Origin: Bacteriovoracaceae bacterium | GTDB lineage: Bacteria; Bdellovibrionota; Bacteriovoracia; Bacteriovoracales; Bacteriovoracaceae | Direction: 5' to 3' | DNA: 25,440 bases | NCBI GenBank assembly: GCA_049599895.1 | Contig: JBMYPC010000035.1 | Coordinates: 1-25,440, forward strand | Shown: in pieces, positions 9,721 to 18,720 of the stretch | Layout: every line of letters begins with the position of its first letter | Numbering within the stretch: position 1 is the first letter of the stretch | Program-made: the position numbers and the translations under genes | The notes under the pieces: generated by a model | Database searches by the model: none | Seen by the model: the letters and a program-made list of their open reading frames with translations, nothing else | What the model was told of the DNA's origin: nothing

Positions 9721-10377
9721 ATGAGTAAAAAAGTTGCTGTGGTTCTTTCAGGTTGTGGTTTTTTGGATGGAGCTGAAATTCGAGAATCCGTTCTCTCTCT
9801 TCTCACTCTTGATCAAAACAACGTTGACTACGATATTTTTGCACCAGACTTAGACCAACACCACACAATCAATCATTTAAAATCTGAAGAAGTTTCCACA
9901 AAAAGAAACATCCTTGAAGAGTCAGCTCGAATCGCAAGAGGAAAAATCAAACCTTTAAGAGATTTAGACTCTCATGATTACCAGGCCCTTGTAATTCCAG
10001 GAGGTTTTGGTGTGGCGAAGAACCTTTGTGAATTTGCTTTTAAAGGCTCTGGAGCTGAAGTCCTTCCTGCAATGAAGGAAATCGTGACAGGTTTTCACAC
10101 AAACAAAAAACCTATTGCGGCCATTTGTATCGCTCCAGCACTCATTGCTTTATGTCTTGGCGACAAAAAAGTCGAAGTGACTATAGGAACTGATGTTGAA
10201 ACAGCTTCTGAAATTGAGAAAACAGGGGCCAAACATATTAATAAAGAAGTTCATGAATTTCACACTGATGAAGCAAACCTAATTACATCAACTCCAGCTT
10301 ATATGTTTGATGATGCTGGCCTTGATCAAATTCAGTTAGGAATCAAAGGCTGTATTGAAAAGGCCCTAAACTTTTAA
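9721..10377 (+). CDS. elbB: ElbB/ES1 family glyoxalase (DJ-1/PfpI superfamily)
   Basis: LSGCGFLDGAEI, ESARIARG, PGGFGVAKNL, ICIAP and TPAYM. GGAG RBS. Confidence 0.92.
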   Translation: MSKKVAVVLSGCGFLDGAEIRESVLSLLTLDQNNVDYDIFAPDLDQHHTINHLKSEEVSTKRNILEESARIARGKIKPLRDLDSHDYQALVIPGGFGVAKNLCEFAFKGSGAEVLPAMKEIVTGFHTNKKPIAAICIAPALIALCLGDKKVEVTIGTDVETASEIEKTGAKHINKEVHEFHTDEANLITSTPAYMFDDAGLDQIQLGIKGCIEKALNF

Positions 10378-11516
10378 TTCGCTTTCGCTTTAGATGTTTT
10401 GAACTCTGAATTATGAGCAAGCTTTCTGTCATGCTCCTGGGTCTTTTTCATCGCAAGCCCTTGAGCAGCTTTTGCATCTAGCATTCCACCTGACTTACAT
10501 TTCCCAGCAAGCTTTTTGGTTTTGCGACTGGACTCTAGAATAATCTTTTTAATATCTTCAACTGAAAGTGTTGGATACTGTGACATTAAAAGAGCTGCAA
10601 CACCTGTCACGAATGCCGTTGATTGAGATGTTCCCGTAAGGTGTCCCGCTCCGCTTGAACTTGTGTAGGCAGAATTAATACGAGATCCAGGCGCAGAAAT
10701 ATCGGCGGTTCTTTCTCCCCAATTCGAAGAAACGTTGAGGGTCCCTTTTTTATCGTGATTAATGACCGTAATCATGTTCTTAAGTTTATAACTTGCAGGG
10801 AAGTAGAAATTTTCTTTAGAGTCGATATTAGAAGCTTCATTTCCTGCTGCAGCCACAACAAGAATCCCTTTCTTTTCTGCTTTTTTAAGAACTCTTAACT
10901 CATCAATTGAAGCTCCTGCTCCACCACTAGAATAATTGATGATATCAACATTTTGCTCAATAGCATATTCTAAGGCCTTCACCGTTGAAGTCAGGTTGTC
11001 CTTATTTTTCACATTAGGACTGTAGTATTTAAGACTTAAAATTTTCACATCCGGAAAGATTGAACGAATGATTCCCGAAATATGAGTTCCGTGCCCATGC
11101 TGATCAGCTGGAGCATATTTATTTTTTGCATCTTTAGAAAAATCAATTCCAAACTGATTGGGCTTAACAGACTTCCCAGGAAGATAAAGATTATCTTTTA
11201 AGAAAGGATGTTTTGCATCGATTCCGGTATCAACAACAGCAACAACAACCTCTTTTTTGAGTTTAAACTTTTTCCAAGCTTCAACGACGTTAATCGATGA
11301 ATCAATTTTTGGTGATAATCCCCATGAAGAAAATGTGGGATTAATTTTATAAAGACTTTCACTTGTCTTTATATTTGATTCTTTCTTTTGGATTTTTCGA
11401 TGCAGTCGCGAGTCCGACTTGCGTTTCTTTAAATCCTTTTTGAAGTCCTTTGCAGTCACTGTTGACGTACAAAATAAAACACCAGACAAAATTAAGGAAA
11501 TACTCAGTCCCTTCAT
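10374..11516 (-). CDS. Secreted S8 (subtilisin-like) serine protease
   Basis: Signal peptide; catalytic triad motifs VDTG, HGHGTH and GTSQ; oxyanion-hole motif AAAGN. Confidence 0.92.
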   Translation of the reverse strand: MKGLSISLILSGVLFCTSTVTAKDFKKDLKKRKSDSRLHRKIQKKESNIKTSESLYKINPTFSSWGLSPKIDSSINVVEAWKKFKLKKEVVVAVVDTGIDAKHPFLKDNLYLPGKSVKPNQFGIDFSKDAKNKYAPADQHGHGTHISGIIRSIFPDVKILSLKYYSPNVKNKDNLTSTVKALEYAIEQNVDIINYSSGGAGASIDELRVLKKAEKKGILVVAAAGNEASNIDSKENFYFPASYKLKNMITVINHDKKGTLNVSSNWGERTADISAPGSRINSAYTSSSGAGHLTGTSQSTAFVTGVAALLMSQYPTLSVEDIKKIILESSRKTKKLAGKCKSGGMLDAKAAQGLAMKKTQEHDRKLAHNSEFKTSKAKAN

Positions 11517-11685
11517 AGATTTTCGTTCCTTCAGCTTTTAAACCAATATTCAAGGCCCATAAGCTTTTTTGCTTACGTACCTAAAATTAAGTCTAGTCGT
11601 TTGCTCGGTTTATTTGGGTGACAAGAGAAAATATTACACAGGCTCTTAAGGCTTAGACAGTAGCTAACCTTTTGAAGTTACTAAA

Positions 11686-12384
11686 TTAAGTCAAAATTGG
11701 CGAATAATCTTTTTTCGCAGGAACGCTGACAACCTCTCTATCAGGGAGGATCAGAGCACTTAGCTGTCCACCATAAACACAACCACTATCAAGCCCGATA
11801 GTGTTTTTCCTTTGATTGAGACCATTTGCAGCCCAATGCCCGTAGACGATTAATTTCTCACCTTTATAGAGATCAAACCAAGAAGGGTTATCAAGACTGC
11901 TAAAGTCTCCCTCTCCTCCATCCCAGGTACGTATCAAGGTGAGAATTTGACGAGGATGATCTTTGAGTCGAATCCCAGGGGCAACACCTGCATGAACAAC
12001 GATAAAATCAGATGTTTCAATATAAAGAGGAAGCTGCTCTATCCAATTAACAGCATCAGAAAGTTCTTCGCCAAGCTTTTCGATGAGTTTGTTAAAATAA
12101 AGATTATTGAACTTCCTCTCATCTTGAGTTCTCGTGGCATATCGATAAAATGCCCAATCATGATTTCCAAGAACAGAATAGACCTCTTTTCCTTCAGCTT
12201 GTTGTCTCATTATCCATTTAAGCACTTCAAAGTTCTTTGGCCCTTTATTAATGAGGTCCCCTACAAAATAGAGACAGTCTTTATTTGAGTTGTACTTTAG
12301 TTTCTTAAGAAGATCGAGAAGCTCATCAAAGCAGCCATGAACATCCCCAATAAAAAGATTTCGATTTATTTTCACTTTGGACAT
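11686..12384 (-). CDS. Calcineurin-like metallophosphoesterase (ApaH/PrpA-like)
   Basis: GDVHGC, GDLINKG, GNHD, VHAG, YGHW and LDSGCVYGG. ATG at 12384 preferred over TTG at 12402. Confidence 0.9.
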   Translation of the reverse strand: MSKVKINRNLFIGDVHGCFDELLDLLKKLKYNSNKDCLYFVGDLINKGPKNFEVLKWIMRQQAEGKEVYSVLGNHDWAFYRYATRTQDERKFNNLYFNKLIEKLGEELSDAVNWIEQLPLYIETSDFIVVHAGVAPGIRLKDHPRQILTLIRTWDGGEGDFSSLDNPSWFDLYKGEKLIVYGHWAANGLNQRKNTIGLDSGCVYGGQLSALILPDREVVSVPAKKDYSPILT

Positions 12385-12412
12385 AACACACGATTTTACC
12401 AAAGTTTAATAG

Positions 12413-12789
12413 TTAAGGCCAAAGAATGATTTGTGATATAGACAGTGGCAAAATTATTAAACCAAAGACAAAACCGGCTTCCCACCAAGATCCTCTGTAG
12501 GGATAATACGTAATGAATCCCTCTTTGATCTTAGAGCAGATTGAATCTTCTCCTCGCATGGCCGTAACTGAAAAGCGCCCACTTTTAAAACCGAGAAATT
12601 GAGATTTATTATAGATGGTTCCCGTGTCTTTAAATTCATTGCAATAGAAGACGTTCTTATCGATATTCGTATAGTGAGTGGTGATTCCCCCATGTCCATA
12701 AACAAAGTCCATGGCCTTCGCTTTCCAAGAGAAAAGAAATAAGTATCATGGAATTAAGAAAAAAGCGTCTTAAGCAGACAATAGGACAT
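12413..12789 (-). pseudogene. Possible degraded secreted/outer-membrane protein gene
   Basis: The 99-aa ORF (12413-12712) is preceded in frame by YLFLFSWKAKA (a signal-peptide-like AxA end), cut off by TGA at 12746-12748. A further upstream ATG (12789) is in another frame. Confidence 0.3.
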
Positions 12790-12902
12790 ATTGCCTGCGA
12801 AATTAATAGGATACAATCGCTGAGAAACTACAAGCTTTTTACAAACTGTCTAAACAATCGTCATATATCCCACCTAACCACCTGATATCACGAGCATCCT
12901 TT

Positions 12903-12918
12903 TGGTCTCAATATTGCT
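12903..12918 (+). promoter_or_regulatory. Putative sigma54 (-24/-12) promoter
   Basis: TGGTCTCAATATTGCT: GG-N10-GC with TTGC, about 30 nt upstream of ATG 12949. Confidence 0.5.
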
Positions 12919-12948
12919 TAAATTAAAGTACATCATTTTGGAGTCAAT

Positions 12949-13503
12949 ATGCTTATTAGGGGTTTTATACTCTTATTTCTTTTTGTCCTTGGGACATCTT
13001 GTGGCCTTCTCTTAGAAGGAGATGTCATTGAGGGTGAAACAAGACAATTCGATTCGACAGACGCGGCAATTCAGCCCTATGTCGAATCTTTTGAAAAAGA
13101 AGGCAGAAACTATCTTGGTGTCAGTGATTTCAAAGTTGGAGATATTCCCATCAACTTTGGTGAGACTCCAGCAGAACAATATGATGGAGTTTGTATAAAG
13201 TATCCCAACGGAACTCGAGAAATTCTTCTCAAAAAATCTTGGTGGAATAATGCAAGTGAAACGCAAAAAGAAATAATTGTTTTTCACGAATTGGGTCACT
13301 GCCGCTTAAACCGAAAGCATAATGAAGTCATTTATGAAAATGATTCACCAGAAATTAAAATAAGTCTTATGGCCTCGATTGTTCCCTACCAAGCTTATTA
13401 CACAGCTTATCGCGAAGACTATCTCCGTGAGCTTTTTAAAGCCGATACGAAATCATTCGTGGCCACTCTCAATGCAACTTATAACAATGACGATGATGAA
13501 TAA
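12949..13503 (+). CDS. Lipoprotein, putative zinc metallopeptidase (metzincin-like)
   Basis: Lipobox LGTSC; HELGHCRLNRKH zinc motif followed by SLM (Met-turn-like). GGAG RBS. Confidence 0.8.
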   Translation: MLIRGFILLFLFVLGTSCGLLLEGDVIEGETRQFDSTDAAIQPYVESFEKEGRNYLGVSDFKVGDIPINFGETPAEQYDGVCIKYPNGTREILLKKSWWNNASETQKEIIVFHELGHCRLNRKHNEVIYENDSPEIKISLMASIVPYQAYYTAYREDYLRELFKADTKSFVATLNATYNNDDDE

Positions 13504-13507
13504 GACT

Positions 13508-14479
13508 TTACCAAGCTCGTTCGAGGAACTTAATAATCTTTTTCTTACTAAAGTACGCTGAAACCACTGTCCCCAGGTGATCTTTATCAGTATACTCCAC
13601 ATGAGGAGTTCCTATAGCATCTCTTGCCATATACTGATACTTCGTATGAACAGATGTGTCTTTTTTTGAAATTTTAAGCTGAATGGTATCGGGATTGATC
13701 ATTCCAATATTATCAAGTGGATCAACCGTCATAACTTCTTTTAGAGCTTTTCGATAGGCTTCTCTATCAGTAAGACCAAGCTGTTTCATTTTGTGATTTC
13801 GATAATCCTTAACAAGGTCTTGTTCTGAGTCTGCGAGAATATCTGCAATGCTCACTCCACCAACATAAGAGCTACCACTTTTTATTCGAGAGTCCACACC
13901 CATAAGAGTGAAAAGTCTAATTCCACCAAGGCTTGCACCAAAAGCACCGACTTCTTTAGGATTAACAACTCCAAGACTCATAATGTGATCAATTGTGAGT
14001 CTCGCTTGAACAGTCGCTCTCACTAAAAAACCGTCAATATCAGTAATAGGTCGCTTAAGATCACCAATGTTCTCACTAAGCTTAGCGATAACTGCGTGAT
14101 AACCTCTTTTCGCTGCATAAGTTGCAAGACTTGTCTCAACGAGAGTCGTTCCCTCCAGAGTTGGAAGAATAACAATAAGAGGTCTTGGTCCTTTTTTGAT
14201 CGATTGATAAAACATGAGTTTCGTTCTTATTGTTCCAGAAGAGGTATTAAAAGGACTTTCAAGAACCCCCTCGAACTTAGTGTACTTATCACACTTCCCA
14301 CGTCCACCAGACTTTGGAATTCGATGTTTTTTACAAACGTTTCGATTCATTTTCTGCCATTTTAAAACTTTGTAGTTGGGGTTGTAATCAAATCTGCTAT
14401 CGGCAGAAGCTGAGAATGTGAGTGTGGTCAATACGAATAAAAAAATACTCGTGAGAATAAAACGAAATTCCTTCTTCAT
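13508..14479 (-). CDS. Secreted alpha/beta hydrolase
   Basis: Signal peptide ending ASA; nucleophile elbow GASLG; candidate Asp (KKDTSV) and His (KDHLG). Confidence 0.8.
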   Translation of the reverse strand: MKKEFRFILTSIFLFVLTTLTFSASADSRFDYNPNYKVLKWQKMNRNVCKKHRIPKSGGRGKCDKYTKFEGVLESPFNTSSGTIRTKLMFYQSIKKGPRPLIVILPTLEGTTLVETSLATYAAKRGYHAVIAKLSENIGDLKRPITDIDGFLVRATVQARLTIDHIMSLGVVNPKEVGAFGASLGGIRLFTLMGVDSRIKSGSSYVGGVSIADILADSEQDLVKDYRNHKMKQLGLTDREAYRKALKEVMTVDPLDNIGMINPDTIQLKISKKDTSVHTKYQYMARDAIGTPHVEYTDKDHLGTVVSAYFSKKKIIKFLERAW

Positions 14480-14582
14480 TTAATTTTCCTTTTCTAATGT
14501 AATTATACATGGCTTTACGGTCGGGGCGTAATTAGGGGTGAATTGCTTCCTCTATTTCTTTTTGACGAGCAGTATTTTCCAT

Positions 14583-14608
14583 AAAAAAGGGCGATCGAAA
14601 TCGCCCTT
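14583..14608 (-). terminator. Rho-independent terminator of the L25 gene
   Basis: Minus strand AAGGGCGAT-TTCG-ATCGCCCTT followed by further Ts: a perfect 9-bp stem about 35 nt after the stop. Confidence 0.85.
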
Positions 14609-14642
14609 GATTTGAAAAAATACTTGAATTTTAAAATCAGCC

Positions 14643-15284
14643 TTAAGCTGCTTTCTTTTCTTCTGTTCCTTCCGGCTGAACCTCTGGGGTTGCTTCTGCA
14701 TCAGTTTCAACAGGTGTAGTCTCTTCAACAATTTTCATTTTAGGCACTGAACAGCTAACAACAGCATGCTCAAGGTCAGTGGTTCTAAACTTTGTCCCCT
14801 TAGGAGGAGTCAAATCTTTTAAAGACCATTGTTGATGAGAATCAAGCTCAGTGACATCAATCACAAAGCTTTCAGGAATATTCTCTGGAGTTGCTAATAA
14901 ATGAACTTCATTCATTTGCTGCTGAATGACTCCGCCAGTTTTTGCACCTACAGCTTTTCCTGTAATAACAACCGGAACCGTCACATGATTTTCAACACCT
15001 TTTTTGAGCTGATGAAACGAGACATGATGCCAGTTCTTTCCAAGGTTATCCTTTTCAATATTGTCGAGGTTAACGAGGTACTGCCCCTTTCCTTCAACAT
15101 TTATTTCAAAAACTTGGTGTCCTTCTTTAACAAAGTTTAATAATGTTTGTTTCGGAACTTGAACAGGTACTGAATCTAGCCCTTTTCCGTAAATAACCCC
15201 AGGAACCCAGCCTTCGCTTCTTAGTTTCTTAGGTGAAGAGTTTTCAACGTCTCGATAATTTGATTTAAGTACAACTTGCTTCAT
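14643..15284 (-). CDS. rplY: 50S ribosomal protein L25 / general stress protein Ctc (long form)
   Basis: LRSEGWVPGVIYG, HVSF, VPVVITG.AVG.KTGG, IPESFVIDVTEL and an acidic tail. ATG 15284 has an AAGGAG RBS (the ORF track starts at 15338). Confidence 0.9.
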   Translation of the reverse strand: MKQVVLKSNYRDVENSSPKKLRSEGWVPGVIYGKGLDSVPVQVPKQTLLNFVKEGHQVFEINVEGKGQYLVNLDNIEKDNLGKNWHHVSFHQLKKGVENHVTVPVVITGKAVGAKTGGVIQQQMNEVHLLATPENIPESFVIDVTELDSHQQWSLKDLTPPKGTKFRTTDLEHAVVSCSVPKMKIVEETTPVETDAEATPEVQPEGTEEKKAA

Positions 15285-15327
15285 GGATGCACACTCCTTA
15301 AATTGATAATGCTTTCGCTCATAGAGC

Positions 15328-15354
15328 TTATCGATCATTTGATGCTAAGCTTAA
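15328..15354 (-). promoter_or_regulatory. Putative sigma28 (FliA)-like promoter for rplY
   Basis: Minus strand TTAAG-N14-ATCGATAA versus the consensus TAAAG-N14-GCCGATAA. Confidence 0.35.
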
Positions 15355-15424
15355 AAAAACTCAAATTACTCAAATATAAGGGGAAATTTTGACCATATTC
15401 GCTGGTTTAAGGTAGTATTTTTCC

Positions 15425-16048
15425 ATGAAGTTTACTCTATCAAAGTCTTTCGGTATTCTTTGCGCCCTTAGCTTTCTCATTGGAGTCGGGGCCACTTATT
15501 ACCTCAATTTTTTCCAATCAGACGAGACGAAGATAAAATCCGCATCAAATATAAAACCATCCCCAAGATCGAACACAAATATCGATATTTCGGGAAATCC
15601 TCCAAAGCAAGCCAGCCAAGATGAGCTAGGCCTCCCTAATATGGGAGACAATCATGAGGGGGCTTTAGGCTTTATGAACGATAAGGGTCTTAAATGGGGT
15701 GCATTACGAGGGCTGACGAAAGATAAAAATGGTAAGTCTAAGGTCAGTGCAGAACTCAAAAAGATTCTTAAAAACAAAATCACTCTCAAGGGCTATATGC
15801 TTCCCACAGATTTTTCAAAAAAGAAGATCACTGAATTCCTTCTTCTTCCCTATATTCCTTCTTGCATGCATATTCCCCCACCGCCATCGAACCAAATCAT
15901 TTATGTGAAACTTCCTAAGGGGAAGACCACTAAGATTACTTATTTTCCGGTAGAAGTTACAGGTATGGTGAAAGTTGTTTACAACGAAGAGCTAGACTCT
16001 GGTTTTGAAATGAATTCTAACAAGGTTAAAGAATTGGAGCCTCAGTAA
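15425..16048 (+). CDS. DUF3299-family protein (ZrgD-like)
   Basis: GYMLP, EFLLLPYIPSCMHIPPPPSNQIIYV and PVEVTG; N-terminal membrane anchor. Confidence 0.85.
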   Translation: MKFTLSKSFGILCALSFLIGVGATYYLNFFQSDETKIKSASNIKPSPRSNTNIDISGNPPKQASQDELGLPNMGDNHEGALGFMNDKGLKWGALRGLTKDKNGKSKVSAELKKILKNKITLKGYMLPTDFSKKKITEFLLLPYIPSCMHIPPPPSNQIIYVKLPKGKTTKITYFPVEVTGMVKVVYNEELDSGFEMNSNKVKELEPQ

Positions 16049-16617
16049 TGACATTAAAAGCTAGCATCTTTTTGGTCTTAAGCTCTCTTTTCACTATTAG
16101 CTTGATGGCCAACGAATACAAGCATCATGACCATCACGATCATTCTCGAAACCTAGGGGCCCATGAGCATGGCTCAATTTCATTATTAATTGCAGTTGAA
16201 GAAAATAAAATTGATATCATCCTCGAAGGACCTTTAGAATCCTTTACAGGAGTTGAATCCTCCACAACGATTAAAGGAAAACAAAAAGTCGAAGACTTGA
16301 AAAAGAACTGGTCCAAATTAGTTGATAAGATTATTGAAATTCCCAAACAATTGAAATGCAAAATTATTGAAGGAAAAAAAACAAAAGTCTCTATCATGGA
16401 GAATCATCATGATGGAGAAGCCCATGACAACATCAGTTTTGAGGCCCTTAAAAGTTGTGAAAAATCTCCTGAAAAAGTCACAATTCAATCTCATATATTT
16501 AAGCAGTTCAAGAATGTTCATAAAATTAAAGCGGACATTCTTCCAAAAGAACTTCCTCCCTTTACTAAAACCTATAAAAGAGAAGATAAGAAGCTTAGCT
16601 TCGATCTTTCGATATAA
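16048..16617 (+). CDS. DUF2796/ZrgA-like His-rich periplasmic metal-binding protein
   Basis: Signal peptide, then HHDHHDH...GAHEHG and a second His patch HHDGEAH. TAATG coupling to the upstream gene. Confidence 0.8.
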   Translation: MTLKASIFLVLSSLFTISLMANEYKHHDHHDHSRNLGAHEHGSISLLIAVEENKIDIILEGPLESFTGVESSTTIKGKQKVEDLKKNWSKLVDKIIEIPKQLKCKIIEGKKTKVSIMENHHDGEAHDNISFEALKSCEKSPEKVTIQSHIFKQFKNVHKIKADILPKELPPFTKTYKREDKKLSFDLSI

Positions 16618-16623
16618 CGACCT

Positions 16624-17301
16624 ATGGAAGCAAAAACTTCAATTCTTAAACTTGAACATGTTCAGTTTAGCTATGAAAGCTCAAAACCAATCATTGATAT
16701 TGAAACTCTTAAACTCTCTCAAGGAGAAAGAGTTTTTCTTCATGGCCCAAGCGGCACTGGAAAATCGACTCTTTTAAACCTTATTTGCGGAGTCTTAGAC
16801 CCTTTGTCTGGAAATATCACCTTCAACCAGCAAAACCTTGGAACACTTTCAAGTTCAAATAGAGACAAACTAAGAGGCTCTGAATTAGGAGTGATTTATC
16901 AAAGTTTTAACCTGATCTCTTATCTTTCCCCTCTTGAAAATATTCTCCTTCCAGCTCGACTTCACAGAAGAGGAGATTTTAAATCTTTAGAGAGTAAAGC
17001 GGATGATCTCCTCGAAAAAATGAACTTAAATGAGGTAAAGGATCAACCGTCATCAACACTCAGTATGGGACAACAGCAAAGGGTTGCAGCTGCGCGGGCC
17101 CTTATTCTCTCCCCCAAGCTCATTGTTGCTGATGAACCAACATCGAGCCTTGATCAAAAGAATACCGAGCTTTTTATGGAACAGCTCTTTCTCTGTGATC
17201 CAAAGACAACAATTCTCTTTGTGAGTCACGACCAAAGTCTTGAAAAATATTTTCAAAAATCTTATTCCCTTGAAGAAATTAATAGAGGGAGAAAATCCTA
17301 A
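16624..17301 (+). CDS. ABC transporter ATP-binding protein (LolD/MacB-like)
   Basis: Walker A GPSGTGKS, signature variant LSMGQQQR, Walker B IVADEPT and the switch motif SHD. Confidence 0.93.
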   Translation: MEAKTSILKLEHVQFSYESSKPIIDIETLKLSQGERVFLHGPSGTGKSTLLNLICGVLDPLSGNITFNQQNLGTLSSSNRDKLRGSELGVIYQSFNLISYLSPLENILLPARLHRRGDFKSLESKADDLLEKMNLNEVKDQPSSTLSMGQQQRVAAARALILSPKLIVADEPTSSLDQKNTELFMEQLFLCDPKTTILFVSHDQSLEKYFQKSYSLEEINRGRKS

Positions 17302-18545
17302 TGACGTTTTTCCTCACCCTTAAATCTTTAAAAGAAAGAAAATTCTCTAGCTTTCTTTGTATTCTTTCCGTGGCCCTAAGTGTCTGCCTTATTCTTAGTG
17401 TGGGGCGAATTCGTGATGCCGCAGAAGATAGCTTTACCAATACAGTCTCAGGTGTGGATCTCGTGGTTGGAGCAAGAAGTGGTGATTTAAATCTTATTCT
17501 TTACACTCTTTTTCACATGGGTTCTCCAACTAATAATCTAAGGTTTTCGACTTTTGAGACTGTAAAGAAAATGCCTGAAGTGAAATGGACGATACCGATA
17601 TCTCTGGGGGACAATTTTAGAGGTCATCGTGTTATTGGGACGAACTCCGATTTTTTTAAACACTACAAATACGCCGATAAGCAACCTCTTGAGTTTTTAA
17701 CCGGTGATCAATTTAAAAAGTTTCACCATGTGGTCTTAGGGTACGAAACGGCAAGGAAACAAAGAACAAAGGTAGGTGATTTAATTACCCTCACTCATGG
17801 TGGCGGGCAAGAATCTCTTCTTGATCACGACAATATTAAATTTGAAGTGACTGGCGTTCTCAAACAAACCTTTACACCAATCGATAAAGCCGTTTTTGTT
17901 TCTTTAGAGGGAATGAAGGCCATGCATGTGGGCTGGGAAACCGGTATTCCTGAAGATGTTCCCACTTTAGAGGAACTCCAAACCCAAGACCTCTCGCCGA
18001 GATCTCTTACAACATTTCTCCTTCAAACAAAATCAAAGTTTCAACTTCTAAGGCTTCGAAGTAAACTCGCAAACTTTCAAGGAGAGCCTCTTTCAGCAGT
18101 TATTCCAGGACTTGCTCTCAGTGAACTATGGACTCTTTTGGGACAAGTAGAAGCAGGGCTTCTCTTTATCAGTATCTGTGTCTTTATCGTTGCCCTTTTA
18201 AGTATCACCATCGCTCTCATGACAAACCTCAAAGATCGAAAACGAGAACTTTCTATTCTAAGAAGTATTGGAGCCGGACCTCTGCTCATCTCAAGTCTTT
18301 TAATCGTGGAAAGTTTATTTCTCAATATACTGGGAATTATCACTGGAGTTGTCTCTTTGTTTCTTGGCCTAAAAGTGATCTCTCCCCTTATTGAAAGCCT
18401 TTATGGAGTTCATATTCCCCTTAGCTTCTTAAGCTTAGAAGAGCTTCAAGTTTTAGGTATTTTTCTTGCTTGTGGTTTTTTGAGTGGAATTATCCCAGCA
18501 ATTCAAGCCTATCGAACAAGCTTGCATCAAGGACTTTCTCTTTAG
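17301..18545 (+). CDS. ABC transporter permease (FtsX/MacB-like)
   Basis: DLVVGARSG, WTIPISLGD, RKRELSILRSIGA and C-terminal TM helices. TAATG coupling. Confidence 0.92.
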   Translation: MTFFLTLKSLKERKFSSFLCILSVALSVCLILSVGRIRDAAEDSFTNTVSGVDLVVGARSGDLNLILYTLFHMGSPTNNLRFSTFETVKKMPEVKWTIPISLGDNFRGHRVIGTNSDFFKHYKYADKQPLEFLTGDQFKKFHHVVLGYETARKQRTKVGDLITLTHGGGQESLLDHDNIKFEVTGVLKQTFTPIDKAVFVSLEGMKAMHVGWETGIPEDVPTLEELQTQDLSPRSLTTFLLQTKSKFQLLRLRSKLANFQGEPLSAVIPGLALSELWTLLGQVEAGLLFISICVFIVALLSITIALMTNLKDRKRELSILRSIGAGPLLISSLLIVESLFLNILGIITGVVSLFLGLKVISPLIESLYGVHIPLSFLSLEELQVLGIFLACGFLSGIIPAIQAYRTSLHQGLSL

Positions 18546-18548
18546 TCT

Positions 18549-18665
18549 CTATCTTATGAAAAAACCGAGAGGAACGAGGACAACCAGAGACGCAGGAAGA
18601 ATGATTCCTAGCCCAACGAGAACGATGGCCACTATTTTCATCAAAATTTGCGCGAATTGTTTCAT
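18549..18665 (-). CDS. Small hydrophobic membrane protein (38 aa), below the ORF-track cutoff
   Basis: MKQFAQILMKIVAIVLVGLGIILPASLVVLVPLGFFIR fills the intergenic gap. TTGATT-N18-TATACT ends 7 nt before the ATG. Confidence 0.65.
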   Translation of the reverse strand: MKQFAQILMKIVAIVLVGLGIILPASLVVLVPLGFFIR

Positions 18666-18720
18666 GTGTTTTAGTATACAACCCATCTAATAAAATAATC
18701 AAGCAGCAGGACAAGCAATA

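Noticed and set aside
15305..15323. Fur/Zur-like box (GATAATG...) between rplY and the zrg-like cluster
   Set aside because: Only a half-site matches and there is no dyad symmetry.
18669..18678. TATACTAAAA (minus strand) matching the element's left end
   Set aside because: Only 10 AT-rich bases match and there is no further homology. It is better explained as the -10 box of the small ORF.
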